A DNA stretch of 64,000 nucleotides from Eledone cirrhosa (Eukaryota). Shown here one piece after another: positions 43,104 to 60,900 of this stretch. A program made the translations under genes and the position numbers. The notes under the pieces are model-generated. The model did no database searches. It saw nothing but the letters and a program-made list of their open reading frames with translations, and was not told the DNA's origin. Position 1 is the stretch's first letter; every line of letters begins with the position of its first letter. The DNA lies in NCBI GenBank assembly GCA_964016885.1, contig OZ024741.1:300080001-300144000 (forward strand), given 5' to 3'.

Positions 43104-43612
43104 TGTATATATAGTGTATTCTGCAATATCAGCTTTATCTCCGCCTGTTTTGCTGAAAATTTAAAGTAAGTGAGACTGTCACTACACTAAAACAATAGCA
43201 TAAGGTCTTCGAAATGCTTTTAATTAAGCATACAGTGTATTACAAAATACACTATATATACATTCATATATACATAGCTATTTCAGAGCGTCAATTCTAA
43301 TTTTCAATTTCTGCTTGACCGGCAACCGCTCTGTACAATCAGTTCCTGATTATTACTAGAAATTCTATAAGAATCAAACATTCATGATTTTCAGCAAACA
43401 GGTGGGGTTTGATAAGTACCAATCAGTACGAATCATAGCTGTGTCAGCTTTATTTCCCACTGTTTGCTGAAAATTTGAAGTAAGTGAGACTGTCACTACT
43501 CTAAAACAATAGCATAAGGTCTTCGAAATGCTTTTAATTAAGCATACAGTGTATTGCAAAATACACCTTATATACATTCATATATATAGCTATTTCAGAA
43601 CGTCAATTCTAA
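43095..43612 (+). mobile_element. Non-coding 315-nt-period tandem unit with short 5' inversion
   Basis: 43129-43302 repeated at 43444-43612; 43095-43128 is the reverse complement of the unit's internal tattgca..atacactatatatacattcat; contains GAAA-tgctt..aagca-TA-cagt. Confidence 0.65.
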
Positions 43613-43621
43613 TATATATAT

Positions 43622-44575
43622 ATATAAATGAAAGTTAGAGTTAATAACTCTTACTGAAACCCTGTAATCAATAAGCTCCAAGTATAAATACTGAGCATTA
43701 TAATAATAATATATATGTAGTAAGAAACACAGTAAACCGTGTGTCTAATATTACGAGGGTTGAAAGACTACATTTGTTTGAAATATCTAACCATGAAGCA
43801 GACAGAATGATAAAATAAAATAAAATTATATTATGCAAACCGCCTCAATAACAATTACATCTCTCGGACAGATTAGGGATAATCTGTTTCGCCCTGAGTG
43901 TGATTGTAACAGATAATCCTGGGCATCATCAGCGAGAGATTCTGATTAAATGCGACAAACACCTCCTACCAACGTTCACACAGAAAGATGAATTTATCAC
44001 CTCGTGCGCCATAAGTCAAAAGTGGTATGAGTGTATTGGTTAGAAACAACAGTCCAACACACGCAACATAATAAGCTTAATATACATATACATCATTATT
44101 ATAATGTTCAGTATTTATACTTGGTGCTTATTGATTACAGGGTTTCAGTAAGAGTTATTAACTCTAACTTTCATTTATATTTCGGCTCCCTCATGAGGTG
44201 AGCTTATTAAGTTGCGTGTGTTGGACTGTTGTTTCTAACCAATGCACTCATACCACTTTTGACTTATGGTGCACGACTGGATAAATTCATCTTTCTGTGT
44301 GAACGTTGGTACTAGGTGTTTGTCGCATTTAATCAGAATCTCTCGCTGATGATGCCCAGGATTATCTGTTACAAACATACTCAGGGCGAAACAGATTATC
44401 CCTAATCTGTCCGAGAGATGTAATTGTTATTGAGGCGGTTTGTATAATATAATTTTATTTTATTTTATCATTCTGTCTGCTTCATGGTTAAATATTTCAA
44501 ACAAATGTGGTCTTTCAACCCTCGTAATATTAGACACACGGTTTACTGTGTTTCTTACTACATATAGATTATTAT
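43622..44575. mobile_element. Inverted pair of circularly permuted ~475-nt non-coding hammerhead monomers (retrozyme-like)
   Basis: Left arm is A(43622-43707)+B(~43700-44077); right arm is rcA(44095-44180)+20 nt+rcB(44201-44575); (TA)n flanks. Confidence 0.85.
44338..44419 (+). ncRNA. Type I hammerhead ribozyme with complete stems (mirror copy 43859-43940, minus)
   Basis: atctctcg-CTGATGA-t-gccc...gggc-GAAA-cagatta-tccc-taatctg-TC-cgagagat; 8-bp stem I, 7-bp stem III; predicted GUC cleavage after 44411. Confidence 0.9.
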
Positions 44576-44647
44576 ATATATATATATAAATTGAAACAAA
44601 ATGAAAACGAAATATATACATGCATACTTACATATATATATATATAT

Positions 44648-46430
44648 TTATTAAAATAACAGATTAAAGTTTAAGAAAAGAATCGCTGCTTTCACCCTTA
44701 ACGGGATCTTCTGAAACTAACAAAGTCAATCTGTAAACGCAGAAGTGGATATTTTAAAAAACGTTACAATCGGAGGAAGACAGGAAGACGATAGTTTGGT
44801 TCGCGGAAACGTTCCCTGGCAAAGAACGGGAAAAAACGAATATAATACGTCATTAATAGGAGCGGTGAAAAACAATTACGCGCAAAGACAGAACCACGTT
44901 TATGGTATAAAAGAAGTCATAGACTAATGTTCTCTTAGGTGGTGCATAGAAACGTTCTCTGGCAATGAACAGAAAAAAACGAAGATAATACGTCATATGT
45001 GGAGCGTGGAGACAATTGCACGCAACGATAAAACCACGGAAATGGTATAGCTGAAATCGTAGACTAAAATTCTAACTAGGAAACCGAATGAATCTCTGCT
45101 TCAGAGTTAAGAATAAAGTAAATAAAATACAATACAGAGGTAATAGAAATTAAATAAATACATACACACATGCAAATACGTACATACACAAGCATACGCG
45201 AAAACACTTGCCATAGGTATACAAAACCACGCACATATAAATATGTGTGTGTGTGTGTGCGTGTATACAAATAAATAAATAATTAAATAAACGTATATAA
45301 ATAACTAAATACGTATATAACAAGCGCACACACATATCTACATGTAAATACACAAATGTTCGGAGACGTAAGTCAACCAAAACATGCAGTACACATATAC
45401 ACACACCCTACATACGTACGAACCTGCATACTCACACAGACGCAATCTCCCGTATACACTTAACCAAACCATATGTACAAGAATATATTTAAAAATATAC
45501 GCCATAACATATACAATCAAATATACGTACGAGAAAGTATCCGTACCTTCACAAAACATACAGGTAATATATACTTACCTATGCAAATAAGTAATGGTAT
45601 AAACAAAACATATACTTAGCTACCACATCTAGACGTAAAATATTCACGTATAGATTGTACTATCCGTCAGTGTATAACGTGGGGCTGTAATACAGGAAAG
45701 TTTTGTGCAATTTATGTTTACAAGCCGGAATTGTCTCAGATTTTTTGTTTAATATGCAATAAAAACACAGGTAAAAAGGTTATAAGCAAGGTGTACAATG
45801 CAGGAGTCAATACAGTCAATAAGGCATGCATGAGGAAAGAGTTACAATGTAGTTGAAATAAACATATTTTGTGTGGGGTATTAAAGGATGTTATAATTGT
45901 TATAAATGTTTAAGATTGTGTGCAATTTGTTAGAGAGGCATGTAGTGATAATGTAGGTATATGTTATGTAAGGTGTAATGCAAAGCACGTGATAGAGTTG
46001 GATATGTCACTTTCATTTCAGTGTTTTTGTGTTGTAGTTCGTATGTATGTGTATGTTTTGTTTGTTACTCACAGCTATTAACCATGGGATTATTTTGAGT
46101 AGTTTATAGTCAATAGGTGTTTGTTTGTTAAATGTAAATTCCGCCGAATTACTGGCCATGTTGTTATTGTAGGTATATTATTTTATGCATTTTTTATCTA
46201 CAAATTATCTTTTCTAGGGTTTGTAGTAACCGTTACTAAGCTGTTGGTAAACCGTTAGGTTGCTTAATCTTTTTTGCTTGTGCTTTTTAATTATAACTAT
46301 TACACTTCCAACCAGTGGTGCATGTAATTGTGTTCTTTCAAGCAGAACATCTTTTTAATTCCTGACTCTCCACATGATGCCTATAATACTAACAACAATT
46401 ATGTACCCTAAATGTCCTAAATGACTAGGA
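44648..46430 (-). pseudogene. Decayed Neptune-type PLE 3' region
   Basis: LNKKSETIPACKHKLHKTF at ~45690-45755 (minus), resembling the LNxRSE..CxH C-terminus; 3' end matches window positions 1-180. Confidence 0.5.
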
Positions 46431-46549
46431 TTTTAGTAACGTGCTTCGACATTCCATATGCGCCAATGATTCCAGACTTCCCTCTGGAAGAAAAAATTGT
46501 CAGCAAATAAATTTTCCAAACTAAAATTTGATCGTTTTAACACTTTGTG

Positions 46550-46639
<90 letters not shown>

Positions 46640-46645
<6 letters not shown>

Positions 46646-49199
46646 ATACTTTGGGAGGGTCATGTTGCCAATAAGAAACACACGCACCAGTTGCTTTCAC
46701 TTCAATTTATTATATATTTATAAATTTATAAATTTATAAATCTATAAATTTCTGGTTGGTTGGTTGGTTCCACAACCAGATAGTTGTTTATATATAGTCA
46801 TAGTTCTTTCGTCACACACTCTGTGACCTCTTCAGTGACTGGGGATTCCTTTCTTTGTTTCTGTGCCTCTCCTTTGTTCTGTCCTACGCCATTTTGTTTC
46901 TGTGTGTGTGTTGTGTGCTCAGTCTGCGCATGCGCCACATCCGGGTGTATGTGTGTGTTTATGTTCATTTATTTATTTGTTTATTTACATTTTACTGGTT
47001 AGTTGTTTGTTCTATGTGTGTGTGTGTTTTCATTTTGTCCTTAATTGTAAGTTGTGATGTTGCTGTTCCACTCATATTTTCTATTTAATTTTAGTTGTAA
47101 TTCTTTTATGTTTATTGCCTCTGTAATTTGTCTAAACATTGCGTTTTTTCTGTGTGTAGATTCTATTTTTATTTCTATGTTCTCTAATTTACCCTTGTGT
47201 TCTATCTTAGCATGTTGGTAGAGTACAGATGATTCTTTATTATCTTGAAGGTCTCGCCAGTGTTCATTTATCCGTACCCCTACACTACGAGCTGTCTCAC
47301 CTATGTACACTATATTTTTGTCTCTACATTGTCCTTCAGTACATCTTATGCTATACACTACATTTCTAGTTTTACAGTTAATCTGGAGGCTTATTTTACA
47401 GGTTATACATTTCTTATCTATACATGGGGGTCTTTGAAAAGGGTATGTCTTGCTAATAAGTGTTGTTTTTACGGAGGTACCTGGTCTTTCTACTATCTTA
47501 ATATTGAGTTTATGTTTATTTAGGGCCCTTCTAAATTTGTAAGCTAATTCACCTCTAGGGGTTGTATTGATGAACATTACACTCTGGTATTTATTGCTAT
47601 CATACCATGAGTTTATTCTATTAGCCTTGTTCCTAGTTCTTTCTATTCAATTACAAAATTTGCTCCTATACAAGGGGCAGGTCCCATTTATGTCATTATT
47701 TACCATTTTTTCCCATTTGGTTCTGGTTGCTCTATACACTCTGATATTATCTCTCTGATTGTAGCCAGAGAACTGCATACGGTGGATGAAGTGTTGTATG
47801 TGTCTCTCTAGTTCTTCGGGGTTGCACATGCGGGACACATTTCTCATCACCCGTACCAAAACCGCAATCAGTATGTTGGTTTTGGTATGGTCCGAAATGG
47901 CCGAGTTTCGATGGATCAGATGTTTGGAAGTTATGGGTTTCGCATAATGGGAATGGAGGATTTGTTTTTTGTTGTTAATGGTATCTAACCAGAGCTCTGT
48001 GTCTAGTACAGGTAATCGATGGTTGGGGTGGTTACTTGGGTAGTCTATAGTAACTCTAATGCTCTGGTGGATGGAGTTTGCTATTTGCTGGATGCTTTCC
48101 ATTGTGTTTCTCTCTAGTTCCTGACTGTTCTCTAGTGGGGGTGTCTTAACTACGACGTTTATATCATCTACGTAGCGGGAGTACATTATCAGGGTTAAGG
48201 GGTCTTATAATTGTTCTTTAAGTTTAAGTTTAAGTCTACTGTCCCACCATACCATGAATAAGTTAGCTATGTCGCCTGCAATGCTAACACCAATGGCTGC
48301 TTCTTCCTCTTGGGCATATGTTTTTTCATTAAATTTGAACATATGTTCCTTAAGGGTTAGTTTTATGCTGGCCCCTACCGCATGTGCAATCATTTTCTTC
48401 AGTTCATCGTGGTTTTCGGGTGTCCGTATGGCTCTGGTCCACCCGTTAGATCTATCTGTGTGGGTTTTCTTGGCCATTGGGGTAATGGTAGGTGGTCTGC
48501 CTCTTGCTGGTCTTGTAGGGCACAGGTTGCTAAGGTCATATGTGTCTAGGTAACTATTACTATAGGTAAGCTTAAGTAGGATGTATTAAGCTCACTGGTA
48601 TCAATCCCACGGAACTCAACCTTGCTCTCACTGATCATTTCTACGCATTTCTCCACCGCAAAATCCACGTCAATAGATGGATACAGGGACACAACATCCA
48701 TACTGCCTATTATGCAGTTTGTTAGGTCCCCAGATCGGTTACTCACGCCGATTCTGCTGAGGAGGCCCTCCGTGCTGTCACATACATCTGGGGACATTTC
48801 AATGATGGTGCGTATGATCAGGGAGAGGAAGTAGGACAGTCTGTAGTTACTAGCAATGTTAGCTCCACAGACTGGCCGTGTTGGTGGTCCCGCGACAGGG
48901 TTACAGCCCGTTTTATGGTCTTTTCGAAGCCCATACAACGCCGGCACGTCATTGTTCCAGGCCTGGAAGTTGTTGGCATTCCTTTTGTTGGGCTGCATTA
49001 TATTCGTCCACATCACCATATGGGCATTGAGGGCTTTTTCTCTATCCTCATGCTCCTGTGGTGTTACCTCTCTTGTGTTAGTGATGTGGGGTTGAATTGC
49101 CTGGATGTAGTTTGGCAGGATGTCAACTGACATTCTGCCAGACTTGTCTGTTGGAAAGCATGCTATCTCTCCATTACGTGAGCGCTGCATGAGCTTACA

Positions 49200-49200
<1 letters not shown>
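46640..49200 (-). pseudogene. Penelope-like element (Naiad-like) RT, GIY-YIG and pseudo-LTR, several frameshifts
   Basis: PTDKSGR, LYGLRKDHK..PPTRPVC, SMDVVSLYPSI, AIGVSIAGDIANLFMVWWD, RYVDDI, LPVLD; EN C..C..C..NVVYSIRC..C..YIGETAR..R..EH..LNRKYEW. Confidence 0.9.
46796..46840 (-). ncRNA. Minimal type I hammerhead in PLE pseudo-LTR
   Basis: agtca-CTGAAGA-g-gtcaca-gagtg-tgtgac-GAAA-gaac-TA-tgact. Confidence 0.75.
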
Positions 49201-53785
<4,585 letters not shown>

Positions 53786-53866
53786 GATATATATACATAT
53801 ATATATATATAGTAATAATAATAATACATACATATATATATACATATATATATAGTAATAATAATA

Positions 53867-53940
<74 letters not shown>

Positions 53941-54622
53941 TTATATATATACAGTTCAAGAGTAAACAAATCTTAAAGAGAGAAATGGAAATAGGAGAGG
54001 AGATGACATATTGGTGAAGGTGTTAGAAGCCAAAAGCGTAAAGGCATGTGCTCGATGCGCAATAAGCAGTAGAAAGCATCTAGAGGGCTTGGTTCATGCA
54101 GAGATTAGGTGCACAGAGCTGGAAATATTCATTAGTTAAGCAAAATAAGACCACAAAATTCACAAGGGAGACCTGAGTTAATTATCATTATTAATAATAT
54201 TATCCCGCCGAGGTTAACTTTGCCTTTCATCCTTACGGGTCGATAAAATAAAATACCAGTAATGTACTGGTTAATTGCTGGCCTTGTGCCAAAAGTAGAA
54301 ACAATTATTAATATTATCATTATAAAGCCTTTTAGATGACTGGTATTAGTGTATATATTACTTGCAATAATATTAAAAGTAATATGAATGGCTGGTTCGT
54401 GTTTGTACAATGTTTTATATCACACGAGTCAACAATAACACAATAGAAATATTTACGACATGTCGTGATGGTGTAGTTGGTGAGTTGGTCTCGACTCCAT
54501 GACTGGAGCGTATAAAGAAGAAAGAGAGAAGACAGGGGTCATCTCTTCATAGGCAGAAGTCAGCTCCAAAATTATGCGTCTTGTCTGTTCGGAAATAGCA
54601 GCCGGACTGTGTATTATTTTGG

Positions 54623-54643
54623 TGACGTCAGTTTGTGACGTCA
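54623..54643. promoter_or_regulatory. Tandem CRE palindromes in LTR U3 (also 59543-59563)
   Basis: TGACGTCA-gtttg-TGACGTCA, identical in both LTRs. Confidence 0.5.
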
Positions 54644-54913
54644 GAGCTATGTGCAGGTAACACTGCATAGCTGTTACACGTCAGGTATCGATTCGCTACA
54701 TATAGCCCTCCTCCAGATGATCAATCGATGAAGAAGTAAACATATGTAGTGAGAAGCAAGGCAAAGATAGGTAATAAATAAAAGAAATGTTTGCACAAGC
54801 AGCAAACAAAAGGCAACGCACGCACAAATGTAACAACATAAACATGCAACACAATCAATAAAATGCAACAAAGCGTAAGAAAAACAAAAGCAAAGGGCTG
54901 CAACAAGGGCAGC

Positions 54914-57900
54914 TTAAATGTACACAGTTTGACACAGTTCTTTGGGCCAGTGGACCCTCCGACCGGAACGGGTCGTGGTCTTGTATCTTGGTGATGGGGG
55001 AGGGGTCAAAGAAACAGGTATGTGTGCAAAAGAGAAAGATGGAGGCGTATGTGGCTCAGGTGTGTGAGCATCTGTGTGGGCCCGTTTAAGTCTATCAACC
55101 TCAATGGTCTTTCTGGATCCCTTAATGTCTACGGTGAAATGTTTAACAGAACGAGCCAACACACGATAGGGTCCAGAGTACGGTTATGTGAGATGTGGTC
55201 TTACAGCATCGTTTCTTACGAACTCCTGGGTCCACGAGGCAATATCCCTCGGGACTGTAGATTTTACAGTTTGTTTTCTCGTATCCATCGGCGGCAGGTC
55301 CTGAAAATAAGAACGCAGACGGGATACGTAGGAAAGCGGATCTTCGGCCGGGGAGAACCCAAGGTTCACCTTTATTGATGGCCGAATCCCCAACAACACA
55401 ATAGGGAGGTACTCGCTCCAATGCGTAGAGTCAGGAGAAGTCCGGAGAGCGGCTTTTAGTTGTCGGTGGAAACGCTCCACCATTCCGTTAGATGCAGGAT
55501 TATATGAAGTTGTTCTATGCGTTTAGCACCCATGATCTTCGTTAATTCGTAGAAGAGATTCGATTCAAACTGTCTTCCACAGTCCATTGTAATCGTGGTT
55601 GCCACTCCAAAGCGGGCAATCCATCCTGATACAAGGGCACGCGCTGTCGTTTCAGCAGTGATGTCTTTCCAGGGGATGGCTTCAGGCCATCGCGAAAAAC
55701 GATCAATAACAGTCAATAGATAAGTATGACCACCACTGACTGGCCAAGGTCCCACGATGTCCACATGAATGTGCCGGTAACAGGCGTCCGGTGTACTGAA
55801 CCTACCGAGCGGAGCCTTAACGTGTTTTTGGATTTTCGATTCCTGGCAAGCGATGCAGGAAAGGCCCCAAGCCGTAATATCGCGCCTCATATTTGGCCAG
55901 AAGAATCTGGCCGTTATGAGCTTTACTGTGGCAGAAGATTCTGGGTGGGAAATGCTGTGTAAAGCAAGAAACGCAGTACGACGATGGTTTAGCGGGACGA
56001 ATGGTCGCGGTGAATCCACGGAAACGTCGCAGAGAATTATTTGTCCTTCTGCAGTGGGCAATGGCAGGTATTTCAAATTACTCGTCGCAAATTCGGCTGA
56101 TGAAATATCCAACGATTCCAGTGCAGGTTGGTCTGCGGCCAAGTGATTTAAATCGATGTCGTGGGATAACGCAATCGAACTGATCGGCAATCGAGACAGG
56201 GCGTCAGCCGCTGTGTTCAATGAGCGTGGAATGTGTTGGATGTCGTTTGTGAATTGCGAGATAAAGTCGAGATGCCTTGTTTCTCTGGGCGAGTTCTTGT
56301 CGGACATTGCCCTTAAAGCGAAGGTCAAACGTTTATGGTCGGTATAGATTGTAACACACCTTCCTTCAAGCATATGTGAAAAATGTTTCACAGAAAGGTA
56401 GATGGCTAACAGCTCCCGGCCAAAGGTGCTACAGCGAGTTTCTGCAGGTTTCAACTTCCTGGAGAAAAATTCCAATGGTGTTTGGTGATCGTCACTGCTC
56501 TGTTGTAAGACTGCACCCACTGCAGTATCCGACGCATCAACAGAAAGCGAAAGCATGGCATTGGACACTGGGTGGCCCAGCAAAGATGCACTAGCCAATA
56601 CTTTTTTGAAAATCCTCGAGCTGAGTCTGAGTCAAGGAGATTTCCTTGTTCTTCTTGCGGCAATTTTTCAGAATCTCAGTAAGAGAGAAGAGTAGATTAG
56701 CACAATGCGGAACAAAACATCTATAGAAATTTATTAGTCCTAGGAATTGTCGCAACTGACGAAGTGAGGTCGGCGGAGGCAAATCCTCTATAGCCTGAAC
56801 TCGTTGAGGGAGGGGTCGAATACCCGCGGGGTCAATGACATGACCTAAAATATTCAGTGATTCCGCACCGAAAACACATTTTGTGGGATTTATTTGAACA
56901 CTGTAATCTTTGAGTCGACAAAACAAAAGATTCAAATGGCGTATATGTTCTTCTCTGGAGGAACTAGCAATAAGCAGATCATCAATATAAGTGTAGACGA
57001 AGTCTAAACCACGAGTGACCTCATCCATGAACCGTTGAAAGGTGCTAGCAGCATTCCTAAGTCCGAAAGGCATTGTAAGAAATTCGAATGATCCAAATGG
57101 AGTCGCAATGGCCGTTTTCGGAATATCTTCTTTCTTGACAGTAATCTGATGATAGGCTGCACCAAATCGAGCTTCGAGAAAATGTTACATCCCTGCAACG
57201 ACGATGCAAAATCTTGCAGGTCTGGAATGGGGTATCTATCCGGGACAGTTATAGCATTTAACTTCCTATAATCCCCAGTGGGTCTCAGTCGCCAGAAGTA
57301 TTGGGTACCATGTGTAACGGAGAAGCCCAAGGGCTCGTAGAAGGGCGAATTATGCCTAGCTGCAGCACATGGTCGAACTCGGACCGTGCTGCCTTCAATT
57401 TGTCCGCAGGCAAGCGACGAGGACGTGAAAACACTGGGACGCCAGTTGTAGAGATAAAATGCACTGTTGTGTGAGTCCGTTCCGCGACTCGAAAATTTCC
57501 CTGAGTAAGCTGTGATAAAGAATTCAACAATGCATGATAGACATTCCCAGCATTAGCGATGAAGGAGGTCAGGCTAACCATTGGAAAATTAGCTTTCTGG
57601 CCACGAAGACAAAAACCAGTAATGCCGTCTACTAGGCGTCAGACACGGACGTCCACCGTCAATGCAAAATAGTGTAGAAAATCCGCTCCCAAAATCAGAT
57701 ATGGTAGGTCAGCAACCGTAAAAATTCATTTGAATTCTCGTCGAAGATTTCTGAATTGCAGAGGAAGCGAGATGTGTCCAAAAGTCCGTATCGGTGAATG
57801 ATTGACAGCTTGTAGATTCATTGATGACTCAGGAGGAGTTTCTTTAACAAAGTTCACTGGCCAAATGCTTCAGGAGGCACTCGTATCTACGAGGAAAGAT

Positions 57901-57950
57901 CTTTCGGACAGGAGGTCCTCAGTAAAGAAGTGGCGGTTTGCATATGTAGC
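54914..57950 (-). pseudogene. pol: Gypsy pol (protease, RT, RNase H, integrase), frameshifted
   Basis: FLVDTSAS; SPWASPLH; DYRKLN..DRYPIP; [12 protein letters not shown]; DAS..VGAVL..RELLA; [31 protein letters not shown]. Confidence 0.92.
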
Positions 57951-57957
57951 ACAGAGA

Positions 57958-58755
57958 TCAGCTGCCGCTTTCAGTGACTCTGGTATGCGTTCCCCAACGT
58001 TGAATAGTTACACGGTGGCCGGCAGTGTTTTGCATTATCAGCGAAGGTGGTCTGATACCAGAACAAAGACGAATTGATGGCGGGCAAGCTGGCGTTACGG
58101 CATGAAGTCGCGAAGGACGCGAACGACTTCTTGGCCGCCTGGGAGATGGCCTACTCACCCTACATAATTTCGCGGCTTGACGCGTCAATGCGTCAATCGC
58201 CTTCAACATGGCCTCCTCGTGTGTCGAGACGGGCTGGTTCGGAAAGGTCGAAGAGGAGACAAGCGAGGTAGCTTTCCTCGAGAATTCCACAATTCGATCG
58301 GCAGACGCAGCGATCTGCTCCACTGAGTTCGAGTCCGCTATGATAGCCAATATAATCTGGACATTGATTGGCAAGCGAGAGAAAAATAGCTTTTTGATAA
58401 ATGAACTATCCTCATCGGGCGATTCACTGAGATCCCGAATGTGGCGTAAAAATTCAGTCGGCGACCTGTCGCCTAAACACTCGTCCTCCAATAATGCACG
58501 AAACCTACTTTCAGCAGAACAGCAGTTTCTCCTTAATATCTCTGTCCTCAACGAATCATACGAAAATCCGGTTGGCGGGTCCGTTATTAAATCTTTCACC
58601 GTGGAGGCGAGCGACCACGGTATACCACTAATCAAAACATTGAGTTTCTGCTCTGTTTCAATTCCATTTGCAGCAAAATATGCATCTAGTTGCGCAAACC
58701 AGAGCTTGGGATCACTGGAGAACGCATGTAAATTAGGATTACTCATCATTAGCAT
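57958..58755 (-). pseudogene. gag: Gypsy gag
   Basis: DPKLWFAQLDAYF, LGDRSPTEFLR, LFFSRLP; frameshifted C.WYQ..F...A..C..PC (CHCC-type) motif. Confidence 0.85.
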
Positions 58756-59799
58756 GTATCAGTTCCACATAAAAAAATACTAAATTATAACCAAGTAAAG
58801 AAATGCCACGCGTGTTAGATGTTTGGAACAATGGGAAAACAACGCAAATTTCCCTCGACATCCAAGAAGAAAGAAGAAAGCAAAAATCTGGTGAATTTGT
58901 AAAATCCGGAATCGACAAGTCACAACATTTCATGGCAGAAAAATTAAATATGTTTTTATTTTTATTTTCTCTCTTTAAATTGGAGGAGATGGAATCACAT
59001 GATGCGTCTCAGCCAATCAGATGGCTGCATTTCGGAGAAGAAAGACAATTGGCGGACCAGTCAGCCATTGTGAATTTTTTTTTTTTTTTTGTTAAACGAA
59101 CAATTTTCAATTTCGTTTTTTTTCGCATAGTTGCAAGAAATAAAGTATTAGTTTCGTCATCAATTTTTTTTTATATGTTGTATGTTTCTCTAGAAGTTTT
59201 TAGAAGTCTTTTAGAAGGCTGTGTAATGCATAATCAGGATCAACCACTTTAGATGACTGGTATTAGTGTATATATTACTTGCAATAATATTAAAAAGAAT
59301 ACGAATGGCTGGTGCGTGTTTGTACAATGTTTTATATTACACGAGTCAACAATAACACAATAGAAATATTTTACCACATGTCGTGATGGTGTAGTTGGTG
59401 AGTTGGTCTCGACTCCAAGACTGGAGCGTATAAAGAAGAGAGACAGACGACAGGGGTCATCTCTTCATAGGCAGAAGTCAGCTCCAAAATTATGCGTCTT
59501 GTTCTTCTTCGGAAATAGACGCCGGTGTGTGTATTATTTTGGTGACGTCAGTTTGTGACGTCAGAGCTATGTGCAGGAAACTCTGCATAGCTCTTACATG
59601 CCATGTCTCGCTTCGCTACAGCCTCGTTACGGTCTGAGTTTAAATCCCACCTAAGTTAGCTTTGCCTTTCATCCTTTTATGGGGTCTATAAAATAGGCAC
59701 CTGTAATGCACTGGGGTCGATTTATTCGAAGTTCCTTTCCCCTTCAAACTGTTAGCCTTGTGCCTAAAGTTGAAACAATTATTATTATTGACCGATGTG

Positions 59800-60900
59800 T
59801 GAAGAAGCGTAATTATGAGCTCGAGTACGTTTTTCGGTTTATGTTGGTTATAAAGTTATTTGTTAGATGATTTCAAGGAAGATATAAGACAAAGGCAATT
59901 GACCTCAAGAAAGGAGACTCCATAATGTTGAGCACGACGTTGTCGTGATGGTGTCGGCAACTTCTTACAGGAAGATGAAAGTTTGACGCAAACAATGTTC
60001 AACATGGAAAATTCGGTGAGGTTGCAGCTTGGTTTTTGAAGAGGTAAATCCATACCGTTCAACATTATCGTCAGGTGCTTGTAGTCTGATTTGGGCGAGA
60101 TCTCCAGGTAGATGAGAACCTGAACGTGGTAACGAGTAGAATAACCTCTCACACCTACAATTGGGCCGAGAGGAAGCTATGTCTGAAATTGCTGGTAGAG
60201 GAAGTGAACACGTACTTCGCACCCGTTATCATTTATCGCCTGAAAGTCCTACAATGCCCCCGTTCGCAGCTCACCACTTTGGGACGGCTTCTCTCCAACT
60301 TCTTGTAGATTACATTTGTTAGGAAATGCATCTACCGTCAGCATCTTCTACGCTGAGGGCTACATATAACGTAGCTGATGATGCGCAAAGATGCGCTGAG
60401 GCTACGGCATTTTCAGATATTCTTAGACGGTTACAGTTTATGAGTCAAATCTTTCTGCAGTTCCTCTATTTGACTGAGCTGCAATCCAGGTCAAGAAGTG
60501 ACCAAAACTGGGCACTTGGCATCTGGAGTGTTGCCAGACGCTCACCGCCCTCTGCCTGTCGATCATTGCGGTCAATGGAAATCACTCTAGAATTTTATAG
60601 AGGACTAGTGGTGGGAAAGTGTGACAACACTCTGGGAGAGGCTCTGAGACTCGACCGACCAGTCTGTACCAGAGGACTTTGAGCCGTGGACTATTGTAAA
60701 CTTCTAGAAACCTATCGCTTTGCAGTGCTAACAGTCGTATCTGTCGGTTTGATATAAACTCTACAGGCACGGAGGTGTGGTCAGACGGACTTATCCGAGA
60801 TGCACTAGAGAGACGAATCTGTTCTGCAAGCACTCGTCCAGTATCTGCGCAAAATGATATATTGTGTTGATACCGACAAAGTGTACTTTCCATCAAAGTG
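59800..60900 (+). pseudogene. Highly decayed LINE RT (RTE-like)
   Basis: GC-richer block with VADDA at ~60371 and weak downstream thumb similarity. Confidence 0.3.

Larger units (their letters stand above)
54331..59620 (-). mobile_element. Full-length Ty3/Gypsy LTR retrotransposon (CsRn1/Kabuki-like), decayed
   Basis: LTRs 54331-54700 and 59248-59620; TSD gcct (54327-54330, 59621-59624); PPT ggaggagggctata; PBS tggttgatcctga; gag-PR-RT-RH-IN order. Confidence 0.92.

Noticed and set aside
47041-47577. Selenocysteine recoding as reported for some Naiad PLEs
   Set aside because: No in-frame TGA in this GIY-YIG ORF.
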